Positions 1-12,682 of a stretch of DNA of 64,000 nt are shown piece after piece. Below the pieces are notes generated by a model. That model did not search any database and had not been told where the DNA came from. It worked only from the letters and a program-made list of their open reading frames with translations. The DNA lies in assembly GCA_017654855.1 (NCBI GenBank), contig CM030334.1, positions 620,001 through 684,000 on the forward strand. Direction: 5' to 3'. Source of the DNA: Podospora anserina (lineage: Eukaryota). Position 1 is the stretch's first letter. Every line of letters begins with the position of its first letter. Position numbers and translations under genes: made by a program.

Positions 1-864
1 GGGGTGGTTAGCATTCATGGGTGGAAGGTATCAGCCGCCTCTTTTTCTACCAGCCTCGCACGCTTATAATTCGCCGTCTGTATCAAGGGTCCAGCTGGTG
101 CCGGTCCGTCTATCACGCGCTTCGGTATTTTTTCTGATCGCAAATCACCATTCCCACGGCAGTTTGATGACGGCCTGGGTTTTTCCTTGTACAATACGTT
201 TTGTGGGATTTCTTAGGGAAGCGGAAGAGGGGATATCTCGTCGGGTTGCTGTCTGCTGTCGACGAAATCGTTCTCTGAACAGAAATGAAGAAGAAGAAAA
301 AAGGGGGTGTCGGAGGCTAGCATAGTCCTGCATTTGGGCGTGGGGTGCACAAGGAGTTTCATGGGGCTGCAAAAACTTGATATAAAAGAAAGCTGCATCT
401 GGTGGCAGGCGATGGAATCTGCATTTTCTTTCTTTCTCTGCTTGCATACAACCTGGCGTTCTTCTCAGTGGGAGCCAAGGTGAAGCGGTCTCTTACATTT
501 TAGATTTTCAAACATTGTAGAATCTTTCAACTACATACTGGCCAAATACATTGAGCTTCGCGGCGGAAGGGTGCAGGAACTTCGATCCCCGTCCCCGTGT
601 CTTCGTTTGTTCAGATGTGGTGGACTTTTTGCCTCAGCCTGATGAGGCCTTTTTATATCATGTGTGTGAACTTGACAGTTGGGTCTATAGAGGACGAGAC
701 GGCAACCACGCCAGCTTGAGGTTTATTTCCGTAATTTCGTGAGAGAAATCTACTCCAGCACAAAAGATGGCAACATGCTTCCACAACTACTACCGACTCA
801 ACGATGCGCTCCGGTTGGCCATGACAATATGCAAGAAGACACTCATTCTCAACTATCCTCATTT

Positions 865-1959
865 CTACCGTTCCATGCTCTTCTGCTCCGGCACGATACT
901 CCGCAAACGACCAGATTCAACAGCCATGCGCACATTGCTAATCGCCCATTCTTCCATCTTAGTCTCCGTCTCGACGGTAAAGGTTCCCATGTGTGGGACC
1001 AGAAGGACGCGGGGTTTGGCCAGCAACCCAGGGTGGACATCCGGCTCGTTCTCATACACGTCCAAGCCGGCAGAGCTTACATGTCCAGAATCAAGAGCTT
1101 CCACCAGCGCTGCTTCGTCGATGACAGCCCCTCTGGCCGTGTTGACTATGACGACGCCTGCCTTCATCTTGGCAAACTCGTTTCGCGAGATGATGTGACG
1201 GGTTTTTGGGTTCAGGGGCAAGTTCAAACTGATGACGTCGCTGCCAGCCAGCAAAGTGTCGAAATCAACATATTCAGCCCCAATCTCCTTCTCGATATGA
1301 GCATCCAGCCTCGTTCTGTTGTGGTATCGGATCTGCATACCAAACACCAGCGCCTTCTTGGCCATGTTGCGGCCTATACCGCCCATACCCAAGATGCCGA
1401 GGACTTTGCCCTGGGGATCGTGTCCCAGCGGTGGGAGGGTCTTCCCGCGCCACTCCCCTGCTCGAAGAGAGGCCATGCCGACGGCCACGTTTCTCAGAGC
1501 TCCGAGAAGGAGGAAAATCCCCATGTCGGCCGTGGCGTCGTCCACGGCCGTCGGGGTGTTGGACACACGGATGCCGCGAGCGGTACAGGCGTGGACGTCA
1601 ACCTGATCATATCCGGCTCCGTTGTGGCACAGGAAACGGAGGGAATCCGGGAGTGCCTGGAGCAGTTCGCCATCTATTTTGCCTGTCACTTCGAAGCTGT
1701 CGAAGGTGCGGTAGGCGGCAACGCAGCCGTCAAAGTCTCCAGAGGATGCTTCCTGGATGAAGTCGGCTCGGTTGTTCGACTTTGGCGTCAAGATTTGAGC
1801 TATCTCGCCTACGGCTTCCCACGATGACTGGGCACTGTGCGGTCGTCCGTGAGCATACATCTGGGGCTGCCAAAGGAATGCGACAGAGAACGAAACTTAC
1901 TGCTCAATTACGCCTAGCAAGAGCACCTTTGGTCGGCCTGCACTTTTAGAAGAGGCCAT
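865..1959 (-). CDS. D-isomer-specific 2-hydroxyacid dehydrogenase (glyoxylate reductase/D-mandelate dehydrogenase-like), ~342 aa, 2 exons (1959-1901, 1834-865)
   Basis: Motifs GAGYDQVD, GILGMGGIG (Rossmann fold), NTARG, LDVYENEP and PHMG are in the ORF track. ATG at 1959 gives MASSKSAGRPKVLLLGVIE, followed by a GTAAGT...GCTCAC...CAG intron (1900-1835) that restores the frame. Spliced length 1029 nt. Confidence 0.93.
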
Positions 1960-3081
1960 TGGGACGTCGTCGTCGGCGGGAGTACTAGCTAGAGTTGGTC
2001 TGGCGAACGTCTCTATTCTGATTCAGATTGAGAGGCTGGCTGTCGAGCTTGCTTGCAAAATAGTATCAGACAATATCGCCTTCACCACTCGATCGTGGCG
2101 CGGGGTTGTTCAGAGAATACCGCGGGGTGATTTGTCCGCAGGAAAAGTGAAAGTGTGACTAACAGCCAGTATCAGAACGAAAGCAATCAATTGTCTCGCA
2201 ATTTGAATGGTGTTTTCCAGATACAGATAGGCCTGGGATACGAAGGATGGGATGGTGTCAAAACCCCGGGTATGGTTCACAGAGAATATCTCGGCTGATC
2301 CCAATGTTGGCGTCAACGGCTTGGAGCATCATGAAGTTCATCCATCTCTTGCAAGGTTTCCGCCAGCCACCTCGACTGCTGCCATTGGTTGTAGAGGTGA
2401 CGGGGGCCAATTCTTGTCCCGTGATTGATGAGAGATAAGAGCCTCAGCTATTGGCGATATTATCAATAGAACATGGCGTGCCAGTAATCATACCTGCCAC
2501 TACACCGAACAACAGCGGAACTGTCGACTCGGTTATTCCCGATGCTACTACATTTGGCAGCCGTGACGAGTACTGATGACATGTTGAGTAACACACACCC
2601 ACGCAGCCACTCAAGTTGCGCCAGAAATCACACCGTGTACAAAGTATACACACAAAAAGGACTGGGTATTTTATTGTGTTGTCCCTCTATTCGCAAGACC
2701 TCGGTTGACGGGGTCGTGTCCTCTAACCGTCCCTTCCCTCTTCTACTTTTCTCGCCATAAGATGTAGGCGCTCCAGCGCCCCAATGTTTAACGCCTGCCA
2801 GTGTGGGTGTGGGTGGATATCATGAGCCAAAGCCAACGCCGTACTTTTTGTTGAAAATGCGTACCATGCCCCCAGCCATTTTTAAGTTACCCTGCCCAAA
2901 CCCTAGATGAATCATGCAAGTCATGCCTGTTGAAAACAATGCCCCAAAACCCCATTACATGCCGTCAAGACCTGTCCAAGATCGGTGTTGTTGAACGAGA
3001 TCCCTGGTGGAAAGCCCAGTGTGCCCTGGTAACCACTGCAGGTTTGCGGAACACAAGATATATTAGAAAAGGAAAAGGAAA

Positions 3082-4536
3082 TTAGTAGCGGTAGTGGTCG
3101 CTCTTGTAAGGACCCTCAACGTCGAGGCCGAGGTACTCAGCCTGGACGTTGGTGAGAGTCTCAAGTTCGACGTTGACGTGGTCCAAGTGAAGACGGGCAA
3201 CCTCCTCGTCGAGGATCTTGGGGAGGACGTAGACCTTCTTCTCGAGCTTGCCACTCTTGGCGAACTCGACATACTTCTTGGCGAAAGCCTCATCGTTGTT
3301 CTTGAAGAGCATGATCTGAGCGAGCACCTGGTTGGTGAAGCTGCACGACATGACGAAAGAGCTGTGGCCAGTGGCGCAGCCCAAGTTGACGAGACGGCCC
3401 TCAGCCAAAAGGATGACGTGGCGGCCGTTCTTCATGAGGAAACGGTCAACTTGGGGCTTGATGTTCTGGACAGATTGGGCGTTGGCCTTGAGCCAGGCAA
3501 CGTCAATCTCAACGTCAAAGTGACCGATGTCTAGAAGTTTTGTAAGCGGCGGAAGATCAAGGACTCAAGGGGCATAAGGATCTAAACATACTGCAGACGA
3601 TGGCATCGTTGGGCATGGCCTCGAAGTGCTTGCCAACCAGAATGTCACGGCAGCCAGTGGTGGTAACGAAGATCTGGCCGACCTTGGCGGCCTTCTCCAT
3701 GGTGGTCACCTGGAAACCAGCCATGGCAGCCTGGAGGGCGTTGATGGGATCAACCTCGGTGACGAGCACACGGGCACCCATACCCTGGAGAGCGAGAGCA
3801 CAGCCCTTGCCAACATCACCGAAACCAGCAACAACACCAATCTTGCCAGCAATCATCACGTCGGTGGCGCGCTTGATGCCGTCAATGAGGGACTCGCGGC
3901 AGCCGTACAAGTTGTCGAACTTGGACTTGGTGACAGAGTCGTTGACGTTGATGGCAGGAACAAGGAGCTTGCCCTCCTTGAGCATGCGGTAGAGGTGGTG
4001 AACACCAGTGGTGGTCTCCTCAGAGACACCGTAGCAGTCGGCGAGCATCTCGGGGTACTTGGTGTGGACCAGGTGAGTGAGATCACCACCGTCGTCAAGG
4101 ATAAGGTTCAGCTTCTTGTTGTCCTTGAAGGCAACGAGCTGCTGCTCCAAGCACCAGTTGTATTCCTCCTCGGTCTCGCCCTTCCAGGCGAAGACCGGCA
4201 CGCCGGTGGCAGCAATGGCGGCAGCGGCGTGGTCTTGGGTGCTGAAGATGTTGCAGGAAGTCCAGGTAACCTCAGCACCGAGGGCGGTCAGGGTCTCGAT
4301 GAGGACAGCAGTCTGGATGGTCATGTGGAGGCAGCCAGCAATGCGGGCACCCTTGAGAGGCTGGTCGGCAGCATACTACAAGGAGAATTAGAGACACTGT
4401 GATAATCTTTGAAGACAATGCGAGGTCTAACCTTCTCTCTGGTCTTCATGAGACCGGGCATCTCGTTCTCAGCGAGCTCGATCTCGCGGCGCCCGAAGGC
4501 AGCAAGGGAGATATCGGCGACCTTGAAGTTGGACAT
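3082..4536 (-). CDS. SAH1: Adenosylhomocysteinase (S-adenosyl-L-homocysteine hydrolase), ~445 aa, 3 coding exons (4536-4432, 4375-3592, 3530-3082)
   Basis: Diagnostic motifs [48 protein letters not shown] (spans intron 2), [12 protein letters not shown] and C-terminal [10 protein letters not shown]. Introns 4431-4376 and 3591-3531 are GT-AG and keep the frame (1338 nt). Confidence 0.98.
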
Positions 4537-5848
4537 TTTGATGTGATGTGGGGGAAGCTGTAGCGACGACTGTTGGTTAAAATGAAGCCACAGGATAAGG
4601 TAGCTTGGTGGTAGAACTAACCTGCCGATGGGAGGGAATGGAAAAGGTGAGGGGCGGGGGAGAATAGTCAGGGAAAAAAGATGGGAGAAGGGTTGGGGGT
4701 TTTGCTTACTTTTAAAAGAGGGGCGGAGTCGGCGGAGTGAGGGGTCGCAATCTAGGCGCTGGGCAGGGCACTGGGGTTCAACTTAATTGCCGTCACAATT
4801 GGCAGAAAGCACCGAACACCGAATGCAGGAGCACAACCAGAGGCTGCAGCTGGTGCAAATGATAGCCAATTATGGCAGTTTCAGATTTCTTGGCTCTATA
4901 GCAGATTCAATTGTGTTCTCGTCAGGACAACGAGCACAATGCTAGCGGACCGGAATAAGGAGACTTCCAGGACCACCAGGAAAAGAAAATCAAACCCGAG
5001 CCAAAGCGGGACAGCCATGGAAAATGTGGGGGTATGAAAAAGAGCAGCAACCTTGAAGGCACTGTCGGTGAGTGGTTCTGGGGCAAGCTATGCCGCTTTG
5101 GACTGCACAACCCCACCAGTCTGCCCCTCTTTCCTCCATCGCCGCACCCAATGGTGAGAGGGGAGCAAAACGTGGGAGGGGCTTCCAGCACGAAGTGGCC
5201 TTCGCGAGAGCCCCTCCTACGGCTCCTTACAGTTCGGCGGTCAGGAACAAGGCAAAAGCAGAAGGTTACTAGGCACATACCGACAAACCTCATGATCTTT
5301 AACGTCTTTTCGGCCTATACAGCTAGCCATAAAACCGCAAAATCCATAGCTCTCAAGAAATTCGCACAGTCTGTCACAAAGCATTCGCTTTGGATCGTCA
5401 GCCCCCATGCATCCGGACCAATTTGATATGTGGACTCCGACTCCGAGGATAGACTCCGGGCTGAAACCGTGGTCCGAGGAAGCATAGAGAGGCTCGTACA
5501 TCTTACATCAACTCTTACGTCAATCAAGATAGGTTCCTGGCAATGGGGTGCCCCTGTGCAGCCAGACCCGTCAAAAGCCGAACATCTTGTGGGTATTGTG
5601 GTACTGTTGGTGTTTATTTATCCACGCCTAACGCAGGCCCTCCTATCTAGTTGCCTTTCGCCCTGGTGTCTCTAGTTTGCTCTCGGCCCAGAAAATTTCC
5701 ATTGAGCAAATGGACAGCATGGCTGGCCCGGAAACTAAGCAATCAGAAAAGATGCCCATAACCCGGAACGCCAGACCTAATGCAGTCGAGAATACCCGCC
5801 AACGCTCGTCAAACCCCCTTTTCACGCACGCCATGCACATGTCTGCCC

Positions 5849-7063
5849 TCACTCAGGCAGCAAATTTCCCCGGACAGCAAACATCTTGGAGGTAATTGCA
5901 GCTGTGAACCCATCCACCTGCTTGCTGTACTGCTCAACCTGTCGCGCATTCAGCATGCCCTCGAGCCGACTGGGCTCTTGTGGCAGCTTGAACAGTCTTT
6001 GCCATTCGTCCTCGGGGAGAGGAGCCTGCTTCGCCGCAACACGGGCAGCATTTTCCGCCTTGCGCTTTGTCTGCCATTGAGTGATCTTAAACTGCTCGCG
6101 CGTCAGCTGACGCTGATAGTACTGGTGGTTGTTGAGATCGGTGTAATGGGCTTCGATACTGTCGAGGAGAAGATCGCATGTCTTCTCGAGAAAAGGGTCA
6201 ATCGACAGATCAAGGGCGTCGAAAGATGGGTTCGCGGGTAATCTGGCAGGGTCACGAGAAATGTCGTTTAGCGACGTGGGAAGCGGAACCTCGGCGGTCT
6301 CGGGGAGGGTGGGCATCTGGTGCAGGAATGTGGTGAGGAGGTGAGAGTCGTGAACGATGACAGGGACTTCCACAAGGATGTCCTTGAAGCTTAACTTGGA
6401 CTTTTGCAGGCTACCGGTCGCGGCATATTAGCGTCAAGCACCGCGGTCAACTCGATAAGCCAGACTGGCGATCACCTTACCTCTCTGTTGTGAACTTGCC
6501 CTCCTTGTATGCGGCCATGAACTCGGGTGAGAGTCTGAACGCGCGCAGGCTGAGCGCTCCTTGCGAGCTCCTGCTGACATCATGAACGAGCGCGACAGTC
6601 TTATCGTTGTCGCGCTGATAGTGGTATTGATTCTCAATAAAGTTGAGGGAGACAAAGTTGCCCATGGTGGCACTGGTGTACCAGCCGACGTTGTTAGCAT
6701 CCACGTTGACCTCCTTCAAGTGCTTGATCATCTCGTTCTGGTAGGCGATATTGGCCTTTGCGCGGGGGGCGGCAGCGGCGAGGCTTGAAGCATCGTTCTG
6801 GTGGCCGTCGGTATTCGCAACATCGACCGTGGGGAAGGGAAAGGCATTTGTGATCTCAAGGACACCGTCGTTGTCCATGCCCACCAAGGAACCGGTAGCT
6901 GTAGTGGGAAAGCTGGCAGAGCAGTGCTTGACAATCTTGATTACTACCTGCCCGGACGTTAGTATCGCGATCGCTGCTCGGGCGGGGCTCTGAGGGCGCA
7001 GGGACTCACGAGCGCCTCGACCTGGGCCGATTTGAACGGCACATCTTTTTGTACGTCGGCCAT
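5849..7063 (-). CDS. eIF3h: Eukaryotic translation initiation factor 3 subunit H (MPN domain), ~360 aa, 3 exons (7063-7010, 6947-6481, 6410-5849)
   Basis: MPN-family motifs [46 protein letters not shown] and C-terminal [11 protein letters not shown]. Introns 7009-6948 and 6480-6411 are GT-AG with CTAAC/CTAAT branch points. Spliced length 1083 nt. Confidence 0.95.
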
Positions 7064-7950
7064 GGTGAAAGTCTGAGTCGGCAATGAGATCGGCGGATCG
7101 GGAGTTGGGAAAACGTGCGTGTGTCCGTTCGTACTTGGGTTCGATGCTGAGGAAGACTGCCGGCAACTTTTCACGAGGTTTCTGGGAAATCTCGCTAGTT
7201 TGTGGGCAAGCTGGCGTCGAGGTGGCTTGAAAGGCCGAAACGGGGAGCAGAAAACTTTTGTCAAAGGGTCTGGTGTGGCTTATGTCCCGCTATATGTGGC
7301 GCATGCGAAGCCTGGGGACGCTTGCAGCCTGATTTCTCCACCGCAAGATGCCAAGAGGTTGCGGACACAGTGTGGGTCATTGTAGCCCGTCCCACCCATC
7401 CACATCGTTAACAGCCCACTGCCAATTTGTGGAGCACCAGAAGAGCACTGCTCGTAGCCGCGTATACTAACACAAGAAGGAGCGAAACATAAAGATAAGT
7501 TCGACGAAGCCAGCACAACTAGCAAGAAAGTTCCAAGTTTGACCTGGCTACCTATACATCCATCTATCTCCCTGAATGGGAAGCTGAGGGTTCTGGAGGT
7601 GTCGTTGTTTAGGGGAGGGATTCGCAGATGGTCACGAAATTCGAGCACTGGCCGGTGATTTGACAAAACACCAACCCATCCCACGCTCCCCCACGTCTTG
7701 TGGCTCATCTCGCAATTCGTCAGTGATGCTTAAATGGACGACACACCCATCTTTCCGGTGCTCGTTCTTCTGGTCTTCTCTTTTCTTTCACTACATCTCT
7801 TTCCTCTATAAACATACAACCCTTTCGGTACGAGGCAGCGACTTGATTCATTCAGTTATAAAGCCGTCTATTATTCTATGGATATTCCCCCGCAGTCTTC
7901 TATAAAAGCCATAATGATGAGACCAAACTCGGCCTCCACACGCAACTCGC

Positions 7951-8720
7951 TCAGTCAATCCACTCGCTAATCGACCACCCGTTCACGTCTTCGTCTATGG
8001 TCAGTCGATGCCGGTCGATCTTCCAAAATGAATACAAATGCCGTGCGGCACCGGCAGCCTTTCGGTGAGCAGGGCCAACCCCTCCTTTTCTTGCGTCTTC
8101 GTGAGACCTCCACACACACGTTGCCAGATTGCGACCCTCAATATCAGGAGTGCCAAACCAGTACCTGCCATACAAGCTCGTCAGTTAGAGTTGGGCTATT
8201 TCTGCTTGCTTTCTGTTGCCTGGGTTTCATATGACGAGACAAAGACCTACTTGAGGAACCCACCACTCGACGTGGCTTCCACGTGGGCTGCTTTGTCGAG
8301 GGTTCCTAGCTCTGCATAGATTGTCGTGGGAGGGATACGGGACCGAAAGGCAACAATGTAGAAGGAAGTTTTCCTCCATGCATGTTGTCTCTGGTTGGCA
8401 AGTGCCCGGAGAGTATCGATGATGTCGGACCAGTTGAATGTGTCAAGGTATGGCGCTGTGGCATAGTCATCCCGCAGGCACCTTATTTGTGTCAGGGCGA
8501 GCGCGAAAAGTTGGTTTTCGGTGTCGAGGGTATCGAGGTCAAGCAGATGTTGCTGCTCTGTATAGGGCGACACTACAAGATATCGATCAGGCCCTGGCGA
8601 GGGCGTTGGCGTGGCAACAACCTCAGACTCGGACATGATGATGGATGCTTTGGCATACACTTGGCGTGTGTTCGAGTCTTGGGTCTCTGCCACGATTGCT
8701 GGCCCCTGGGAAATGGTCAT
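7951..8720 (-). CDS. Conserved fungal hypothetical protein (UPF0643-like), ~227 aa, 2 exons (8720-8251, 8164-7951)
   Basis: Two ORF-track pieces are joined by a GTAGGT...CTAAC/CTGAC...CAG intron (8250-8165), giving LDKAAHVEATSSGGFLKYWFGTPD...RNLATCVWRS. Family assignment is from memory of this motif, not from a search. Confidence 0.8.
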
Positions 8721-9721
8721 CGTGTGGCGAGTATGCCGATGCTCTTGGTGGTGGAACAGATTGCCACGGGGGGCAGTGGGTGAGAGGTGTCATATAAATC
8801 CTCTGTTATCGTGGAGCGAGATGGACAAGCAACATCGGAAGAGTCAGCTGGGCAGCAGAACAGTTGTCGATGGGAACAGGCGGATAAAACAAGATGATAA
8901 CAGGATGCAGGAGGGCGAGGTCGGATGCACTGGCGACACACCGACAGTCAAAGAGACTGGTGACATGTCGTGAGCAAATCACGAATTCATGCGGAACATC
9001 AGCTAGGATAGGGCCATTATTCTCGAGGCCTGGTTATGGGCATGACCACTGAGCGGCTGCTCTCCGAGTAGGAGTAAGCGTCGTCGCGGAAACCCTACCG
9101 ATGGCGCCATCGATCGTAACAGTGGTGACATTGCAGTCAAACTCTGCTCCGGCTCATCTCTGGTTCTTTGACGGATGAAAGAGGCGGGAAATTCGGGACA
9201 AAGCCTTGTTTCACCCTTCTTTGCACAACACCGATCCAAAAGAAAGCAGCGCTCGCACATCAGTCAACGTCTCGCGTCATATAGGCGTTGCTCACCGCCA
9301 AATGGGCAATGCAAAGTGTGCATTGCGACTTGCAAACGAACCTGGCGGGGCTTTGCGTGGTAGCTATCAACAATGCGATTTCCAGATTACCGGGTACCAC
9401 CTCCCATCTCTGCAGATCCGACCCTTGGCTTTCTGCCGATAACCCCCGTGCCGTTCTTCCCCCCAAGACCACCCACGGGGAGTTTCAACAGAGTCCCACT
9501 CCACTGCCTGACCTGAAAACACACGGTTGCTGCTCATCAGCGACTTCGGAGCTATCTATGACTGGAGATAAGAATACACTGTGAACGGAAGACCAACACT
9601 CCGAGGGCTCTTCAATATGCCGCTATGGTGCATGGTTCCTGGCATTGGCCATGTGGGCGATCAGTCATCTTGCTATATGGAGGAAGCCGCTTGCTGTTCT
9701 ACCGCAGTTTGCTTTGAAGCT

Positions 9722-10857
9722 TCAAGAGAAGTTAGGATGGTCTGGTGATGTCCCTTTGAGCCAAATCTTGGCCATTTCGTATGAGCCCAGATATAAGCCA
9801 CTCCCCAGGGCCGTCCATGTCCCACGAAGCATAGCTCCCCGAAAGATGCCACGCACCCCCTCTTTTCGGACTATCCTGCTCGTAATTTCCCATGTGGTTT
9901 CCGGGGCTGATGAGCTCCCGGCGTTGAGCATAATTCTCGTTTTGACCACATCTAATGGAGTGGTCAGCAACGCTGCAAGGCTGCCCGAGACTGCAGCACT
10001 TGCTCCCGTCACCAAACCTGTCTCGACAAGAGCCGACTTGAGGCCATTCTGGCGCGTCTCCTTCGACTGCCTGGTGTCTTGTAGTTGGTCACTGTCCGCG
10101 TAATCTTTCCGTGTGTGTGATGATTCTGCACCTCCCCTCTTCCAGTTCCAAATTTGGCCCCGAAAGATCTCAAACAGCGGGAATTGGAGTGCAGTGAAAG
10201 GCAGATTTCTGGCGACAAGAGCAGTGTAGCCTGTCCATAATCTTCGTCCGGCGCCTCCCTCACTCCGCCACACCATGTGCAATGCTTCGATGGACGATGA
10301 TCTGCTATGACCAGAAGAGCTGGAACGCTGTAAGACTTGGGCATTTTGCTTGATCACCTCAGCTGGTGTGAGAACAGTACACGAGGCCAGTTCGGCGCCA
10401 GCTGAAGCCAGAGCGTGGATTGCTGGCTGGGGGGCTGTACTGGGCAAAGAAAACTTCAGGGCAGACTTTGCAGATTCATAACTGATGAAAAATATCGCAG
10501 CTACACTCCGCCATGAGCACAGCTAAAGTCAGTTGGCCATTCATGTACAATGTTGACAAGCATGGAAGGAGTGAAGCGTACCGGCAGGCAATGTCGCAAA
10601 AACCACACTACCAATTCCTTGGTATAGACCTCTGAGCCCATGAGATACCGGCGCTGGACCTCCTGGCTGACCAACAATACCTTGACTCTGGTATCGAGTC
10701 TTTATTGTATCCAAGGGGTAAACAAGGAGGTCAACAGTAAACGCTGCCACCGCACCGGCCTAGCATCAACTTTTGGTCAGTAATATATTTAAGCCTTCAA
10801 GCTTGGATCTGTGTGGTTACATACCGCCAATATCTCGGCCTGTGTGTTGTCCCTCAT
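9722..10857 (-). CDS. Mitochondrial carrier family protein, PET8/SAM5 (SLC25A26)-like putative S-adenosylmethionine carrier, ~329 aa, 3 exons (10857-10825, 10759-10582, 10500-9722)
   Basis: Three carrier signatures PLDTIKTRYQ, PAEVIKQNAQ and PLDVVKTRIM, plus RNLPFTALQFPLFE typical of the SAM-carrier subgroup. Introns 10824-10760 and 10581-10501 keep the frame (990 nt). Substrate is inferred. Confidence 0.88.
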
Positions 10858-11962
10858 TAAGACGAATGACGCCTCGTTTCTATGCTCGGAGGAATCTTAT
10901 CTGACTGAGAATCTTTTCGCAACGTACGTAGTTGGAGGGTGGAAGTGTGAATCTGGTGATCACTAGCGATGTGCCTAATAGCAGGTGTCTAAAAAGCTAG
11001 CTAGGCACCATGACATCATAGCTGTAGATGTGGGTATCTGCCGCTCGAGGTCATACACAACCACCATTCCTTATAGGTAAAAGATCAAGTATGTACTCTT
11101 GGGGTTTTCTAGTGCTATTCAAAGTTGAATATGAGAAAGTAGGTAGGTTGAGAGTCTTTTGTGATATTGTATGGGACGACGAAACTAGCAAAAAGCACTA
11201 ATAGCATATAAATACTAGAGAATATATGCTATAGTATAGCATCCACAAATCTTCTTTCTACTGAAGATTCAGAAAAGGATTCGGGATACTTCTAATTTCC
11301 CGAGATTTTCCTACGTAAATCGAAGTTCCGAAAAATATTTTTCTTGGAATTGAAAAACTTTCTATTTTATTATTATATATAAGATAATAAACTGAAATTA
11401 TAATATAATTTAATATATTTCTAAGAAGATATCGAGTTGAGCTTCCATGTAAATTTTTTTTAAAAAGAAATCTTTTCTTATTAGGTTTTTTTATTTTAAA
11501 TTAGATGTCTTTTTTTTTCTTAAATTTTAATGAAATAATAAGCTAAATAGAGATTTAGAAATAAATAACAAAGTAAGTAAATAAGTCTAACTACATAAAG
11601 CTTACTATTTTAAATAAATATTTAAATTTAATAAATAAAATAATAACTTAAATATAAACTCTATATTTTAATTAGGATAAAAAGAACAGGGATGATCCTA
11701 GAATAATATAAAATGAAAAAAATATAGTAAATAATTTATAAAAAAATAAGCTGGACTCCAATATATAAAAAACAGAAATAGAAGCTTTACCTATTATTAA
11801 AATAGTAAAGATTATACAAATAATAAAGTAAGTAATCTTCCAAATTATGCACGTATTTTTTGCTTTTCGGCGCTTATTTAAAGCCTTTTTAGCTTTACAA
11901 AGTAAATCGTTCTCTATAGAAAAGAAAACTGTCTAGTATATTATAGCTATTATATCTTTAGT

Positions 11963-12296
11963 TGTGACGAACCCTTATCCAGAACCTCTGAAAATATTAC
12001 TAATTAAAGGTGTTTCTGAACAATCCTAGTTCGGTATAGATAAATAGTATATAATAAATAGCTTATCTTAATCATAATAGCTAGGATACTCACAATTGTG
12101 ATTTATAATTATAAATTACGGAACTATCTATCTATACTAGCTAGTTCCTCCGTATATAGACTTTAGGACCGTGGACCGTTAACTTATAAACGGTCCTCGG
12201 TCCTCCTCTGATTAGCCGATGCTGGACCGTGGACCGTGAGCCCCGCCGCGGTCCCCGGTCCCCATCTCATTGGTCCGCTCTGCCCACCTGGACCGT
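11963..12296 (-). mobile_element. LTR A: truncated LTR of the main Ty3/Gypsy family (U3 type alpha, U5 type 1)
   Basis: Begins TGTGACGAACCC (reverse complement of the LTR 3' end). Matches the LTRs at 37060-37458 and 60411-60816 up to ...CCACCTGGACCGT, where LTR B starts. Confidence 0.85.
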
Positions 12297-12682
12297 TGTC
12301 ACAGACCAACCATATAGCAAGGCAGAGTGGAGACTGCAGCAGGCCGTGGTGGCCAATCAAGTGAAAGGTAACGGCGGGGCTGCAGGACAGTGGGGCGCTC
12401 ACCACTTGGCAGAGGTGAGCCGGCTCGCCTGCTCACTTGGTAAGCGTGGTGAGCCAGGTACGGAGGTACCTGGAGGATCAAGGTCTATATATACGGAGGA
12501 ACTGGCTGGTGCAGATAGACAGTTCCACAGTATGCAATACAAGTCACAATCGTTGGTATCTAGACTGTTGTGATCGAGACAAGCCATTTGTTGTACACTG
12601 TTTAGCTGTACCGAACCAGGATTGTTCAGAAGAGCCTTCAACCGGTATCCCTTTCAGAGGTTCTGGATAGGGGTTCGTCACA
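12297..12682 (+). mobile_element. LTR B: intact, little-mutated LTR (U3 type beta, U5 type 1)
   Basis: TGTCACAGACC...GGGGTTCGTCACA termini and TATATATACGGAGGAACTGGC core. U3 matches 57327-57560. Flanks ACCGT/AGTTC do not form a TSD. Confidence 0.9.

Noticed and set aside
739-1827. 362-aa plus-strand ORF
   Set aside because: Antisense shadow of the dehydrogenase gene; starts at GTG and has no recognisable motifs.
3094-4402. 146-aa and 258-aa plus-strand ORFs
   Set aside because: Antisense shadows of the strongly codon-biased SAH1 gene.
4922-5700. Several 60-130 aa ORFs between SAH1 and eIF3h
   Set aside because: No motifs or consistent splice structure; the region fits promoter and 3' UTR sequence.
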